From assembly GCA_963789905.1 (NCBI GenBank), contig CAWBMK010000005.1, positions 14,387 to 78,386 on the forward strand: a stretch of DNA of 64,000 nt. Direction: 5' to 3'. This DNA comes from an uncultured Chloroflexia bacterium (GTDB taxonomy: Bacteria; Chloroflexota; Limnocylindria; Limnocylindrales; CSP1-4). The notes below the pieces were generated by a model, which was not told where the DNA came from, did not search any database, and saw nothing but the letters and a program-made list of their open reading frames with translations. Positions within the stretch are counted from its first letter, which is position 1. Each line of letters begins with the position of its first letter. Shown here one piece after another: positions 1 through 10,095 of the stretch. Both the position numbers and the translations under genes were made by a program.

Positions 1-1
1 T

Positions 2-226
2 GGAGCGACCGTCTGGCCGATCGTCGCGACCGCGTTCGGCTGCGCCATTCGGCTGCTCGAGCCGGTGACGGAGGGACGACTTGCGGGGGCGCTCGTTCGG
101 CACGGTGAGGGTCCCTGCGCGATCTACGCCGACCTCGAAACGGGCGCGACGCCCGTCCTCGCGGCTGGTCCACGAGATGGTCCGTTTCTGATCGTTCGTC
201 GCCCGGGATATCATCGGCATCGATGA
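2..226 (+). CDS. 3' end of an upstream gene (partial, unknown function)
   Basis: Frame 2 is open from the window edge to TGA at 224-226 and overlaps the GNAT start as ATGA; GC3-rich codons; no recognisable motif. Confidence 0.25.
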   Translation, partial: GATVWPIVATAFGCAIRLLEPVTEGRLAGALVRHGEGPCAIYADLETGATPVLAAGPRDGPFLIVRRPGYHRHR

Positions 227-663
227 TCGAACAACAGGCGGTCGTTCTTCGCGCAGCATCGGTCGACGATGCCCCACGAATGGCGGCCCTCTTGACCGAC
301 GAGGGCTATCCGGTCGGCTCGTCGGGCATCGTGGCTCGCCTCGAACGCTTCGCCTCCGATTACTCACGGGTCATCGTGGCGGAGATCGACGGCGAGGTCC
401 TGGGCTTCCTCGCCCTTCATGTCCTGCCGCGCTTCGAGCATGACGACCGGATCGTCCGGGTGCTCGCCCTTGTCGTCGACGCGGGAGTCCGCGAACGGGG
501 TGTCGGGCATCTCCTCATGGCCGAGGCCGAGCGGGTCGGCATCGATGTCGGCGCGGCCTTCGTCGAGGTCACCGCAGGTCATCACAGGCCGGACGCACAT
601 CACCTCTTCGAGTCGCTCGGCTACGACGGATCGGTCACCGCGTACCTCCGCAAACGCCTCTGA
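223..663 (+). CDS. GNAT family N-acetyltransferase
   Basis: 146 aa; acetyl-CoA binding-like segment (RIVRVLALVVDAGVRERGVGHLLM) typical of the GNAT fold. Confidence 0.75.
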   Translation: MIEQQAVVLRAASVDDAPRMAALLTDEGYPVGSSGIVARLERFASDYSRVIVAEIDGEVLGFLALHVLPRFEHDDRIVRVLALVVDAGVRERGVGHLLMAEAERVGIDVGAAFVEVTAGHHRPDAHHLFESLGYDGSVTAYLRKRL

Positions 664-664
664 C

Positions 665-1600
665 GTGGCGGCCGTCTCGGGGGTGTCGACGGCGATCCGG
701 GTGTCGGATCTCCGAAAGAGCTATGGCGATGTCCGGGCGGTAGACGGCGTCTCGTTCGACGTCGCCAGCGGTGAGGTGTTCGGACTGCTCGGGCCCAATG
801 GCGCCGGCAAGACGACGACCGTCGAGATGCTCGAAGGCCTCCGCAAGCCCGATGGTGGCTCGCTCGAGGTCCTCGGCATCGATGTCGCCCGCGACGCCGA
901 CGCGCTCAAGCAGCGGATCGGAGTGACGCTCCAGACGGCCGCCCTCTATCCGCGGCTGACCGTCGTCGAGATCATCGACCTCTTCCGGAGCTTCTACGAC
1001 AAGACCCTGCCGACCCAGTATCTCGTCGACGTCCTCGGCCTCGACGAGCGGAAGGGCGCTCAATCCCGGGAGCTGTCGGGCGGCCAGCGCCAGCGGCTGG
1101 CCGTCGCTCTCGCCCTCGTCAACGACCCGGAGCTCGTGTTCCTCGACGAGCCCACGACGGGGCTCGATCCGGCGGCGAGGCGATCGCTGTGGGACATCGT
1201 TCGAGACCTTCGGGACAAGGGCAAGACCGTCCTCCTGACGACGCACTACATGGAGGAGGCCGAGATCCTGTGCGACCGGATCGCGATCATGGACCACGGC
1301 CAGATCCTCGAGATGGGTACCGTCGAGGAGCTCGTCAGCCGGCACTTCAAGGAGCGGGCGGTCCGCTTCGACCGCAACGAGGCGTTGTCCGACGCCGACC
1401 TCGCCAGCCTGCCGGCCGTCGTCTCGGTCGCCGGCGATGCCGACGAGGTCGTACTGTTCACGGCCGATGTCCCGACGACGATCGGGGGTCTCTTGGCGCT
1501 GGCAGAAGCAGGCGGGACGGAGGCCGAGAATCTCGGGATCCGGCGAGCGAGCCTCGAGGACGTCTTCCTCGCCCTGACGGGTCGGGCACTACGGGACTGA
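665..1600 (+). CDS. ABC transporter ATP-binding protein (ABC-2/DrrA-like)
   Basis: Walker A GPNGAGKTTT, signature LSGGQRQRL, Walker B LVFLDEPTTGLD; a GTG at 665 sits in frame immediately after the GNAT stop; the track ORF 419..1600 is N-terminally over-extended. Confidence 0.85.
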   Translation: MAAVSGVSTAIRVSDLRKSYGDVRAVDGVSFDVASGEVFGLLGPNGAGKTTTVEMLEGLRKPDGGSLEVLGIDVARDADALKQRIGVTLQTAALYPRLTVVEIIDLFRSFYDKTLPTQYLVDVLGLDERKGAQSRELSGGQRQRLAVALALVNDPELVFLDEPTTGLDPAARRSLWDIVRDLRDKGKTVLLTTHYMEEAEILCDRIAIMDHGQILEMGTVEELVSRHFKERAVRFDRNEALSDADLASLPAVVSVAGDADEVVLFTADVPTTIGGLLALAEAGGTEAENLGIRRASLEDVFLALTGRALRD

Positions 1601-1604
1601 CACC

Positions 1605-2699
1605 GTGATGCGTGGCCTTTCAACCCTCACCGTCGCCAACGTCAAGTCGTTCCTTCGTGATCGCGCGGCGATCTTCTGGACGATCGCCTTTCCCCTGATC
1701 TTCGTCCTCATGTTCGGTTTCATCTTCCAGGGGGGCGGGTCGAACACGCTCACGATCGGCTGGGCTGACGTCGATGGCTCATCGGCGTCGGCCTCGCTCC
1801 GGGCGGCCTTCGCGCAGGTGCCCGATGTCGAGCTGGTCGACGGCTCGGAGGAGGTGGTCATCGGGCAGATGAAGGATGGCGACGTGGACGCGGTCATCGT
1901 CGTCCCGGCCGGTTACGGTGTGGCCGCCGCCGCGGCGTCGGCCGGCACGGGACCGCCCGCCAGCCTCGACGTTTACACGGACCCGGCTCAGCAGGCGCTC
2001 CAGGGGCAGGTCTACGGCATCGTCGGGAGCGTCATCGGGGTCGTCAACCTGGGCGGCCGACCGCCGCTCGTCGTGCCGGTACCCCAGACCATCGAGACCG
2101 AGGACGTCAACTTCATCAGCTACTTCGTGCCATCGGTTCTGGCCATGGCCCTCATGCAGCTCGGGATCTTTGCCGCCATCCCGCTCGTCGCGGACCGCGA
2201 GAAGCTGATCCTCAAGCGGCTGGCGGCCACGCCGCTGCGACGCTCTCAGCTCGTCGGCTCCAACGTTGCCATGCGGCTCATGGTGGCCGTCGTCCAGGCC
2301 GTCATCATCGTCGGTGTCGGCGTGCTCGTGTTCGGTGTGGAGATCATCGGCAGCCTCGCTTTGGCCGCCGTGTTCATCCTCCTGGGCTCGATGACGTTCA
2401 TCGCCCTGGGTTATGTCATCGCCTCGTTCACGGCGACGGAGGACGCCGCCAACGGGGCGACGAGCGTGGTCCAGTTCCCGCTGATGTTCCTGTCCGGGAT
2501 CTTCTTCCCGATCCAGGCCATGCCCGACTTTCTCCAGGCGATCGCCCGGATCATGCCCCTGACATACCTTGCCGACGCGCTCCGCCAGACGATGGTCGGC
2601 GGGGTCCCCTTCGCTCCACTATGGGTCGACTTTGGGGTCTTGGCCGTCTTCCTCGCAGTCTTCTTCGGGATCTCGTCGCGCTTCTTCCGCTGGCAGTAG
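1605..2699 (+). CDS. ABC-2 type transporter permease
   Basis: 364 aa; N-terminal TM, large extracytoplasmic loop, five or six C-terminal TM helices; directly follows the ATPase. Confidence 0.8.
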   Translation: MMRGLSTLTVANVKSFLRDRAAIFWTIAFPLIFVLMFGFIFQGGGSNTLTIGWADVDGSSASASLRAAFAQVPDVELVDGSEEVVIGQMKDGDVDAVIVVPAGYGVAAAAASAGTGPPASLDVYTDPAQQALQGQVYGIVGSVIGVVNLGGRPPLVVPVPQTIETEDVNFISYFVPSVLAMALMQLGIFAAIPLVADREKLILKRLAATPLRRSQLVGSNVAMRLMVAVVQAVIIVGVGVLVFGVEIIGSLALAAVFILLGSMTFIALGYVIASFTATEDAANGATSVVQFPLMFLSGIFFPIQAMPDFLQAIARIMPLTYLADALRQTMVGGVPFAPLWVDFGVLAVFLAVFFGISSRFFRWQ

Positions 2700-2724
2700 A
2701 CGGACCGTCAGCCTCTGCGGCGCG

Positions 2725-3246
2725 CTACCAGCGCTCGTGGTGGACGATGTCGTCGAGGGCCCGCCGCCCGCCGGGGCGCTTCGGCCGCTCGAGGTCGGCC
2801 GGGTCGGCCGGGTAGCCCACCGAGAGGACATAGCCGCACCAGCGATCCTCGGGGTAGCCGATGACTTCGCGACATCGCTCCTGTTCATAGACGGTCACCG
2901 GGCACGTGCCGACGCCCAGCTCCCAGGCCGCCAGCATCATGCCCTCGGCCGCCAGCCCGACGTCGAAGACGAGTGAGAGGGATGCGCCGGCCGCTCGAGG
3001 ATCCGGGGTGACGATCGCGATCGCCGCGGCCGCGCCGGCGAGATGGTCTGCATATGCGCCGACGGTCGCCAGCTGATGAAGCCGCTCTCGATCCAGGACG
3101 ACGACAAGGTCCCGCCGCTGCTGGTTCTTCGAGCTGTCGGCGCGCCGACCGGCCTCGAGGATGGCGGTGAGGTCGTCCTCTGCCAGGGGCCGATCGGCGA
3201 ACCGTCGGATGACGCGCTTGCGGGCGATCGCCGTCCGAACGTCCAT
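2725..3246 (-). CDS. nitroreductase family protein
   Basis: 173 aa; N-terminal RKRVIRRFADRPL...ILEAGRRADSSKNQQ motif typical of the FMN nitroreductase fold. Confidence 0.7.
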   Translation of the reverse strand: MDVRTAIARKRVIRRFADRPLAEDDLTAILEAGRRADSSKNQQRRDLVVVLDRERLHQLATVGAYADHLAGAAAAIAIVTPDPRAAGASLSLVFDVGLAAEGMMLAAWELGVGTCPVTVYEQERCREVIGYPEDRWCGYVLSVGYPADPADLERPKRPGGRRALDDIVHHERW

Positions 3247-4310
3247 CAGTGACGTCCCACAACACGACGCAGCCCGGCGATCTCGGCAGCCAAGCGTGTC
3301 GATCGGGGTGCCTCCTCGACGGCGCTGAAGTCGCCACCTTCGTCCGGCTCCACGAGCCGCCGCGCATCGAAAGCCGCCGCGCGCTCGGCAGCCTCATCGG
3401 GCGTCAACCGACCTCCGAGCGAGCGGGCGAGGAATGCGGCGACGGTCCGTCGGAAGCCCGCGTCCTCGTACAGCCAGCTGTGGCCGCCGCCCGCGACGAT
3501 GTAGGTTTCGGTGCCCTCGGGAGCACGGCGGGCGAGGCGGTCGAGGTGGTCCGGCGGCACGATCACGTCGTCGGCGCCATGAACGAGCAGTATCGGGACG
3601 GTGACGTGGCGGATGACATGCGACGCAGATACGTCGGCGATGCGATGGCCGCGCGGTTGGGCGTACATCCGAGCCGTGAGCCAGGCGAGCGGATAGGCGA
3701 TCGGATCCGGGATCGGCAGCTTGGCCAGGCGGAAGGTGAGCCGGGTCAGCCGATACGGATCGGCCGGGGCGGAGATGGACACCACCGCCTCGATGGCAGG
3801 CTCCTCGGCCGCCGCGAGGATCGCGCCGATCCCGCCCATCGAGTGACCGATGACGCCGACCCGATCGACCTCAGGACGGTCGGCCAGGGTTCGCGTGGCC
3901 GCGGCCGCATCGGCTCCGAACTCGCCGCCGGTGATGGGGAATTCCTCGGGCGGGTTGGCGCCGTGGCCCCGGACGTCGAAGACGAGGACATGGAATCCCG
4001 CGGCATGGAGGAACTGGGCGATGGGCAACGTCCGATGATGCGCCAATTCCCAGCCATGGACGAGGGCAATGCCAGGGCCTCGTCCGCCGCCCGGGGCGGC
4101 GATGAACCAGGCCGGCAGCTCGAGACCACCCGACGGAATGACGGTCGGCTCGAATGGCAGGTCCAGGTCGGCCGGGTCCACATTCGAAGGGATGCGGCGC
4201 GGGTATCCGGCACGGCTGCGGTAGACGAGGGCAAAGCGATAGGCCGCCGCCATCGGGACGGCGGCCGCGGCGGCGATCAAACCCGCCTTGCGGAAGATCG
4301 ACACGGTGAC
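3246..4310 (-). CDS. alpha/beta hydrolase (prolyl-oligopeptidase/dienelactone-hydrolase-like)
   Basis: GHSMGG nucleophile elbow, HGADD and GGGH motifs; start trimmed to the GTG at 4310 (VTVSIFRK...) ahead of a hydrophobic segment; the track ORF extends to 4424. Confidence 0.7.
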   Translation of the reverse strand, partial: VTVSIFRKAGLIAAAAAVPMAAAYRFALVYRSRAGYPRRIPSNVDPADLDLPFEPTVIPSGGLELPAWFIAAPGGGRGPGIALVHGWELAHHRTLPIAQFLHAAGFHVLVFDVRGHGANPPEEFPITGGEFGADAAAATRTLADRPEVDRVGVIGHSMGGIGAILAAAEEPAIEAVVSISAPADPYRLTRLTFRLAKLPIPDPIAYPLAWLTARMYAQPRGHRIADVSASHVIRHVTVPILLVHGADDVIVPPDHLDRLARRAPEGTETYIVAGGGHSWLYEDAGFRRTVAAFLARSLGGRLTPDEAAERAAAFDARRLVEPDEGGDFSAVEEAPRSTRLAAEIAGLRRVVGRH

Positions 4311-4359
4311 CCAATGGTAGTGGGGGCCTTCGTGGAGTGCGGCTGCATACACTCGAGGG

Positions 4360-5058
4360 ATGCCGGATCGCGACCCCCACGCCGTCCTCGGAATACCGCG
4401 AGGCGCTAGCCGGGCGACCATCAAGGCGACGTGGCGGCGTCTCGCCCGCGAGCATCATCCAGACCTCGTTGGCGACGATGCGACGGCCAAGCGCCTTGCC
4501 ACTCGTCAGATGGCAGAGATCAATCGAGCCTATGAGCAGCTGAGCGGACCGACGGTCGCGGACCCGCCGTCGGCAGATCCACGGCGTCCCAGCGGACCTC
4601 CTCCGCCGCCCCCGGAACGGCCGGTGACAGGGCGCCTCGACACCACGGCGACGTTCCGGCCGCGCAACGCCACGACATCGCCGCCCGGCACGAGGGCTCA
4701 CCCGCCCGGCCAGGCACCCCCCGCCAGGGCCGCCGATCGGGAGCCCCCGAGGGCGTCGGACCCGACCGGGCCGCTCCACCGACGACGGTCCCGCAAGTTC
4801 CGGCGCCGGGAGGATCCGTCGCTTCTGGATGCTGCGGCTACCGAGCTGGCTTTCGGGCGGTTCCATGGCCATACGCTCGGCGAGGTGGCGGCCTTCGAGC
4901 CGTCCTACATCGACTGGCTCGCCCGCACCGTGACGCGGGATCCGGACCTGGTTGCGGCAGCCCGAGTCGTGAAGTCCGATCTCGATGAGCGTGGTGTCGT
5001 CCGCCGCACGCGACCTTCGATTCGGCCCAACGGGCACCCGTTCGAGCGATCGTTCTAG
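4360..5058 (+). CDS. J-domain (DnaJ-like) protein with Pro-rich linker and C-terminal domain
   Basis: N-terminal J domain with HPD motif (DPHAVLGIPRGASRATIKATWRRLAREHHPDLV), then a Pro/Arg-rich low-complexity linker. Confidence 0.7.
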   Translation: MPDRDPHAVLGIPRGASRATIKATWRRLAREHHPDLVGDDATAKRLATRQMAEINRAYEQLSGPTVADPPSADPRRPSGPPPPPPERPVTGRLDTTATFRPRNATTSPPGTRAHPPGQAPPARAADREPPRASDPTGPLHRRRSRKFRRREDPSLLDAAATELAFGRFHGHTLGEVAAFEPSYIDWLARTVTRDPDLVAAARVVKSDLDERGVVRRTRPSIRPNGHPFERSF

Positions 5059-5505
5059 GGATCGCGCCTGGGCCCGGCTCCGGATCGCCGCGTCCGGTCC
5101 CTGAACGCGCCGATCGCCTCCCCTGTCCGTCCGGTCCTCCGGAGCGGCGATGAGGAGGCGATCGTATTAGGCAGCGATGATTCCCGCCGGCCACTGCCTC
5201 CGGGCCTGCTGGCCGATGAACCATGGTTACTCGGCTCGTGACCGGGGTCCGGGGTCGCCCCGCCCGTCCGCGTTCGGGCTCCTGAGCGTCCGTCCCTAGT
5301 CCGTGACCGACGCCCCAGGTGGTCCCCGGTGGTCGCGTCCGGCGATACCAAACTTACTCCCGCACCAGCCGTTACTCCATGGCACCCTCGTCCCGTTCGA
5401 GGCCCCTTCGAAGGTCGATGGCGTCCTGGCACCACGCCGGGACCGCCGTACCAGTTGCCCGCAGGCACCGGCCCCCGAGCCGCGAGGGCTGCTATCGTCG
5501 CGGCC

Positions 5506-7194
5506 GTGAGCGGGCAGGCAGGGGACTGGGATGCGCGCCGCAGTCGGTGGGAGCGCGAGCGTCTCGGGCCGGCTCGAGACCGCGCTCCGGAGCGACGTCT
5601 CCGCTTCTCGACGATCAGCGATGTCGAGATCCGCGGCCTCTATGGGCCGTGGGACCTGAGCGACCGGGATATCGGGACGACCATCGGCCTGCCCGGCGAG
5701 CCGCCCTTCACACGGGGCGTCCATCCGACCGGCTATCGGAGTCGCCTGTGGACGATGCGGATGTTCGCCGGCTTCGGCTCTGCCGAGGACACGAACGCTC
5801 GCTTCCGCCAGCTCCTCGAGGCCGGACAGACCGGCCTGTCCATCGCCTACGACATGCCGACGCTGTACGGCTACGACACGGACGATCCTGAGGCGGCCGG
5901 CGAGTTCGGGACCTGCGGCGTGGCGGTCAGCAGCCTCGCCGACATGGAGGTCCTTCTTGACGGCCTGCCGCTTGACCGGATCAGCACCTCGATGACGATC
6001 AATTCGCCGGCCGCTCCGATCTGGGCGATGTACATCGTGGCGGCCGAGAAGCGAGGCGTCCCGCGGTCGGCCCTCGAGGGCACGACCCAGAACGACATCC
6101 TCAAGGAGTTCATCGCCCAGAAGGAGTACCTCTTCCCGCCGGCGCCGTCGATGCGACTGGTGACCGATACGATCGAGTTCGGGACGCGCGAGCTGCCCCG
6201 GTGGAACACGATCAGCATCTCCGGCTATCACATCCGTGAGGCCGGCAGTACCGCGGTCCAGGAGCTGGCTTTCACGATCGCCGACGGAATGGCCTACGTC
6301 GAGGCGGCAATCGCCCGGGGCATGCGGATCGACGACTTCGCGCCCCGTCTGTCGTTCTTCTTCAACGCCCACAACGAGTTCTTCGAGGAGATCGCCAAAT
6401 ATCGAGCCGGCCGGCGGATCTGGCATCGATTGATGACCGAACGCTACGGTGCCGAGAACGAGCGGAGCGCCTGGCTGCGTTTCCACACCCAGACCGCCGG
6501 TGTCTCGCTCACCGCCCAGCAGCCGCTCAACAATCTCACCCGGGTCGCCGTTCAGGCCCTGGCAGCCGTCCTGGGAGGGACGCAGTCGCTCCACACCAAT
6601 TCGTACGACGAGGCCTGGGCCGTCCCGACGGCCGAGGCTGCCCTGTTGGCTCTCCGCCAGCAGCAGATCCTGGCCGAGGAAACCGGCGTCGTGTCGACCG
6701 TCGATCCGCTCGGTGGTTCATGGTTCCTCGAGGCGTTGACGGACGAGACCGAAGCTGCGGCTTGGCGATACATCGACGAGATCGATGCCTTGGGCGGGAT
6801 GGTCGCCGCCGTTGAGGCCGGGTTCCCCCAGCGTGAGATCGCCGATGCGGCATATCGCTTCCAGCGTGAGATCGATGAGGGCGAGCGGACGATCGTGGGC
6901 GTGAACCGCTATGCCGACCCGAACGAAGTTCTGGAGATCCCGGTTCTCCAGGTCTCCGAATCGTCGCTGCAGGCGCACCTCGAGCGGCTCACTCGTACGC
7001 GGTTGAGCCGTGACGGTGAAGCGGTAGCGGCGGCCCTGGTCGGCCTTCGTGAGGCGGCTCGTCGGCCGGGCACGAGCGAAACGAATCTCATGCCGCACTT
7101 CATCCGTTGTGCCCAGGCGTACGCGACCCTTGGCGAGCAGTGCGCCGTCCTGCGCGAGGTCTTTGGCGAGTATCGCGAGCCGGTCGCCGTCTGA
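5506..7194 (+). CDS. methylmalonyl-CoA mutase family large (substrate-binding) subunit, isobutyryl-CoA-mutase-like, no B12 domain
   Basis: [66 protein letters not shown] matches the MCM/ICM TIM-barrel core; Phe where MCM has Tyr89; about 563 aa from the GTG at 5506; no C-terminal cobalamin domain. Confidence 0.85.
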   Translation: MSGQAGDWDARRSRWERERLGPARDRAPERRLRFSTISDVEIRGLYGPWDLSDRDIGTTIGLPGEPPFTRGVHPTGYRSRLWTMRMFAGFGSAEDTNARFRQLLEAGQTGLSIAYDMPTLYGYDTDDPEAAGEFGTCGVAVSSLADMEVLLDGLPLDRISTSMTINSPAAPIWAMYIVAAEKRGVPRSALEGTTQNDILKEFIAQKEYLFPPAPSMRLVTDTIEFGTRELPRWNTISISGYHIREAGSTAVQELAFTIADGMAYVEAAIARGMRIDDFAPRLSFFFNAHNEFFEEIAKYRAGRRIWHRLMTERYGAENERSAWLRFHTQTAGVSLTAQQPLNNLTRVAVQALAAVLGGTQSLHTNSYDEAWAVPTAEAALLALRQQQILAEETGVVSTVDPLGGSWFLEALTDETEAAAWRYIDEIDALGGMVAAVEAGFPQREIADAAYRFQREIDEGERTIVGVNRYADPNEVLEIPVLQVSESSLQAHLERLTRTRLSRDGEAVAAALVGLREAARRPGTSETNLMPHFIRCAQAYATLGEQCAVLREVFGEYREPVAV

Positions 7195-7364
7195 TCAGGT
7201 GCACGTCCGCAGCGCGGGAGTGCTTATCGTCCGTCGCGGTCGTCGCACCAGGCCCTGATGATTGGTCTCCCCGAACCAGCGGTCGACGTCGGGTGCCTTC
7301 GCGGCAGACTTCCTTCCGCCTATGCTCACAGCGCGATGGTGCCACGCCGTGTCGAGCCTCAGCG

Positions 7365-7811
7365 GTGAACGACCTGGAGATCAGGGGCTGGGCGACAGAG
7401 GCGGACGCGCTGGCCGACTTCCTCGCCGAAGCCAACCTCTGCCGCATCGGCACCGTCGACGAGGCAGGTGACCCGCACGTCGTACCGACCTGGTTCTGGT
7501 GGGACGGCTCGCGGTTCTGGCTCGGGGTCGATGCCGGCGATCACAAGGTGGCCAATGTCCGACGCCATGGCAGGGCGGCCATCGAGGTCGACGGCGATCT
7601 TCGCCGGAAGCGCGGCCTCCTGGCGGTCGGCTCCGCTCTCGTCGTCGACGGCTACGAGGGTCGCGAGGAGTACGTCCGGATCACGATCGAGCAGGTCCGT
7701 CGTTATCGGCCGGACCAGCCGACCCGCGAGACCGCCGAGCGGATGGCGACGAGGGGTGAACCTGTCGTCATCGTGGTGACGCCCGAGCGTATCGTGAGCT
7801 GGGGGAGGTAG
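7365..7811 (+). CDS. pyridoxamine 5'-phosphate oxidase family / PPOX-class F420-dependent protein
   Basis: VPTWFWWDGSRFWLG...RRHGRAAIEVDGD pattern of the split-barrel PPOX class; GTG start at 7365; the track ORF 7107.. is over-extended. Confidence 0.65.
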   Translation: MNDLEIRGWATEADALADFLAEANLCRIGTVDEAGDPHVVPTWFWWDGSRFWLGVDAGDHKVANVRRHGRAAIEVDGDLRRKRGLLAVGSALVVDGYEGREEYVRITIEQVRRYRPDQPTRETAERMATRGEPVVIVVTPERIVSWGR

Positions 7812-7842
7812 CCGCCCCGGTCGCGGCTCTACCATCGGGGCG

Positions 7843-8319
7843 ATGGAGGACGGACCCGCCTTTCTCAGCGCCGAGGCCGAGACATGGGCGCCGTTCCTCG
7901 CTCTCGCGGGCCTGACCGACGCTGACCTCGAGCGGTCCATCGAAGCCGCCCACGGTTGGACCGGACGCGACCTGATGGCTCATCTCGTGTTCTGGCAGGA
8001 GGTCGCCGTGGATCTCGCTCGCGACCTGGCTGTCGGCGACGAGAGTCCGTCGGCCGAGCGGGTGTCGGCCCAGTGGGCCGCCAAGCGAGATGCCTGGAAC
8101 GAGGAGATCCTCGAGGAGTGGCGAGCGAAGCCGCTGGCCGAAGTTCGAGCCCGTTTCGATGCGGCCCCATCGGACCTGCGAGCCGCGCTCGCGAGCGCAC
8201 CCGAGGTCCGCTGGTGGGGCAACCCCGAGCACCGCGAGACGCTACTCGAGGAGACGGTCGAGCACTACGCCGATCACATCGACGAGCTGAGCGCCATCGT
8301 GGCGGCGGCCGGGCGTTAG
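7843..8319 (+). CDS. DinB-like / mycothiol-dependent maleylpyruvate-isomerase N-terminal-domain-like four-helix protein
   Basis: 158 aa acidic helical protein with conserved His/Glu spacing (HGWTGRDLMAHLVFWQE ... HYADHIDE); weak family assignment. Confidence 0.5.
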   Translation: MEDGPAFLSAEAETWAPFLALAGLTDADLERSIEAAHGWTGRDLMAHLVFWQEVAVDLARDLAVGDESPSAERVSAQWAAKRDAWNEEILEEWRAKPLAEVRARFDAAPSDLRAALASAPEVRWWGNPEHRETLLEETVEHYADHIDELSAIVAAAGR

Positions 8320-8320
8320 A

Positions 8321-8683
8321 TCAGGCGGCGCCGCTGTCGGCTTTGCCCGTCTCGGCGCCGATCGCCGCCAGCCCGAACTGTGCCTCGAGCTGTTCCATCG
8401 GCCGGAAGCCGACGACACCCATGGGTTGCTTGCCCGGCTGGAAGAAGGCGACGGTCGGGATGCTCATGATGTTGAAGTGGCGAGAAAGGTGTGGGTTGGC
8501 GTCAACGTCGACCTTCACGACATCGACGAGGCCGTCGTACTTCGCGGCCAGCTTCTCCATCTCGGGTGCGACGAGCTTGCACGGACCGCACCAGGCCGCC
8601 CAGAAGTCGACCACGACCGGTCGCTCGTTGTTGACGACCAACTCGTTGAACGTTTCGTCGGTCGCATGCTTGATCTCGGCCAT
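8321..8683 (-). CDS. trxA: thioredoxin
   Basis: WCGPC active site in FWAAWCGPCKLVAPEMEKLAAKY; 121 aa from MAEIKH; the track ORF is over-extended upstream. Confidence 0.85.
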   Translation of the reverse strand: MAEIKHATDETFNELVVNNERPVVVDFWAAWCGPCKLVAPEMEKLAAKYDGLVDVVKVDVDANPHLSRHFNIMSIPTVAFFQPGKQPMGVVGFRPMEQLEAQFGLAAIGAETGKADSGAA

Positions 8684-8703
8684 CGGTCCTGGGTCCCTTT
8701 CCT

Positions 8704-8997
8704 TCAGTCGGCGATCGATCTGATGAGTCGATAGGCCTCGAGGACGCGCGGGTCGGCGAGGCGATAGTAGACGGTCGTGCCGTCCCGGCGGCTCGAGACG
8801 AGCCCGGCCCGTCGGAGGACGGCTAGGTGCTGACTCATGTTCGGCACATGGCATCCGACTCGTGTCGAGAGGTCGCCGACGGAGAGTTCTCCGGCCGAGA
8901 GCAATTCGAGCACGCAGAGGCGCTTCGGATCGGCCAGGGCCCGCCCGACCGCGGCGTACCGCGACCGGTCGATATCGGAGGAGCTCAGATCCAGCAC
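8704..8997 (-). CDS. ArsR/SmtB family transcriptional regulator
   Basis: 97 aa; ALADPKRLCVLELLSAGELSVGDLSTRVGCHVPNMSQHLAVLRRAGLV is a classic ArsR wHTH; immediately upstream of trxA on the same strand. Confidence 0.8.
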   Translation of the reverse strand: MLDLSSSDIDRSRYAAVGRALADPKRLCVLELLSAGELSVGDLSTRVGCHVPNMSQHLAVLRRAGLVSSRRDGTTVYYRLADPRVLEAYRLIRSIAD

Positions 8998-9084
8998 ATC
9001 GATAGTCTCTCACCACTTGCGCAAATACGCAAGTGCTGCCCCGAAGGGTCCGGGATCGGACTAGGCGCCTGACATACTGCGGGC

Positions 9085-10095
9085 GTGCCCAGAGACGTTC
9101 CGATCAGCAGGATCCGTCGGGCCCGAGATTCGCTTCGCGGTCGTGTCCATCGGACCCCGATGCTGTCGTCGGCTACGGCCGCCCGGACGATCGCAGCGAC
9201 GACCGGCCGGCAGATCGCCGATGGCCGGCTCTACCTGAAAGCGGAGCATCTTCAGCGGACCGGTTCGTTCAAACCGCGGGGTTTGATGCTCCGGTTGATC
9301 TCACTCGCGCCCGGTGATCGGGATCGAGGCGTGATCACGATCTCGGCCGGCAACGCCGGTCAGGGTTATGCGCTCGCCGGTCGCGAGCTGGGTGTCTCGG
9401 TGACCGTGGTGATGCCGAAGAACGCGGTCAAGGCGAAGGTCGCGGCGGTTCGAGGCTATGGAGCGACTGTCGTCCAGCGGGGCTCGCATCCCCTCGAGGC
9501 GATCGCCTACATGAACGAGCTCGCGGCCGACCGTGGACTGACGATCGTCCATCCCTACGACGATCCGGACGTGATCGCCGGCCATGGCTCGGTCGGGCTC
9601 GAGATCGTCGACGACCTGCCCGACGTCGACGTGGTCGTCGTCGGGGTCGGCGGCGGAGGTCTCATCTCGGGGGTGGCTGCCGCGATCCGCCAGGTCCGGC
9701 CAGAGGTCCGCATCTTCGGCGTGGAACCCGAGCTCGCCAACGCCATGCGTCAGGCGCTGGACGCGGGCGAGCCCGTGGGGGTGGTCCCAACGAGCGTGGC
9801 CGACGGACTCGGGGCGCCTCGAGCCGGCGAATGGACCCTCGATCTCGTCCGGCGCTATGTCGAGGACGTGGTCGTCATCGACGACGCCACGATCCTGGGT
9901 GGGCTCCGCTTCGCTCTCGAACGGGACAAGCAGGTTCTCGAGCCGGCTGGAGCGGCGGCGCTGGCGGCGATGATCTACGGCCGGATACCGATCCGAGACG
10001 GCGACCGTGTCTGCTGCATCCTCTCGGGCGGCAACGTCGCGATCGAGCGACTCGGCGAGTACCTTGCCGGAGCCGCCCCGCTCGACATCCCGTGA
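9085..10095 (+). CDS. threonine ammonia-lyase / serine-threonine dehydratase (PLP fold type II, no ACT domain)
   Basis: PLP-lysine motif GSFKPRG and glycine-rich VGVGGGGLISG loop; 336 aa. Confidence 0.8.
   Translation: MPRDVPISRIRRARDSLRGRVHRTPMLSSATAARTIAATTGRQIADGRLYLKAEHLQRTGSFKPRGLMLRLISLAPGDRDRGVITISAGNAGQGYALAGRELGVSVTVVMPKNAVKAKVAAVRGYGATVVQRGSHPLEAIAYMNELAADRGLTIVHPYDDPDVIAGHGSVGLEIVDDLPDVDVVVVGVGGGGLISGVAAAIRQVRPEVRIFGVEPELANAMRQALDAGEPVGVVPTSVADGLGAPRAGEWTLDLVRRYVEDVVVIDDATILGGLRFALERDKQVLEPAGAAALAAMIYGRIPIRDGDRVCCILSGGNVAIERLGEYLAGAAPLDIP

Noticed and set aside
5190-5196. GCCACTG (B12-box-like heptamer) in the leader of the mutase large-subunit gene, a possible cobalamin riboswitch
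   Set aside because: The surrounding sequence lacks the other conserved cobalamin-riboswitch blocks (GGGAA, GGUG...AAUCC, GCCAGGAGACCUGCC). B12-dependent enzymes (as opposed to B12 biosynthesis and uptake genes) are not normally riboswitch-controlled.
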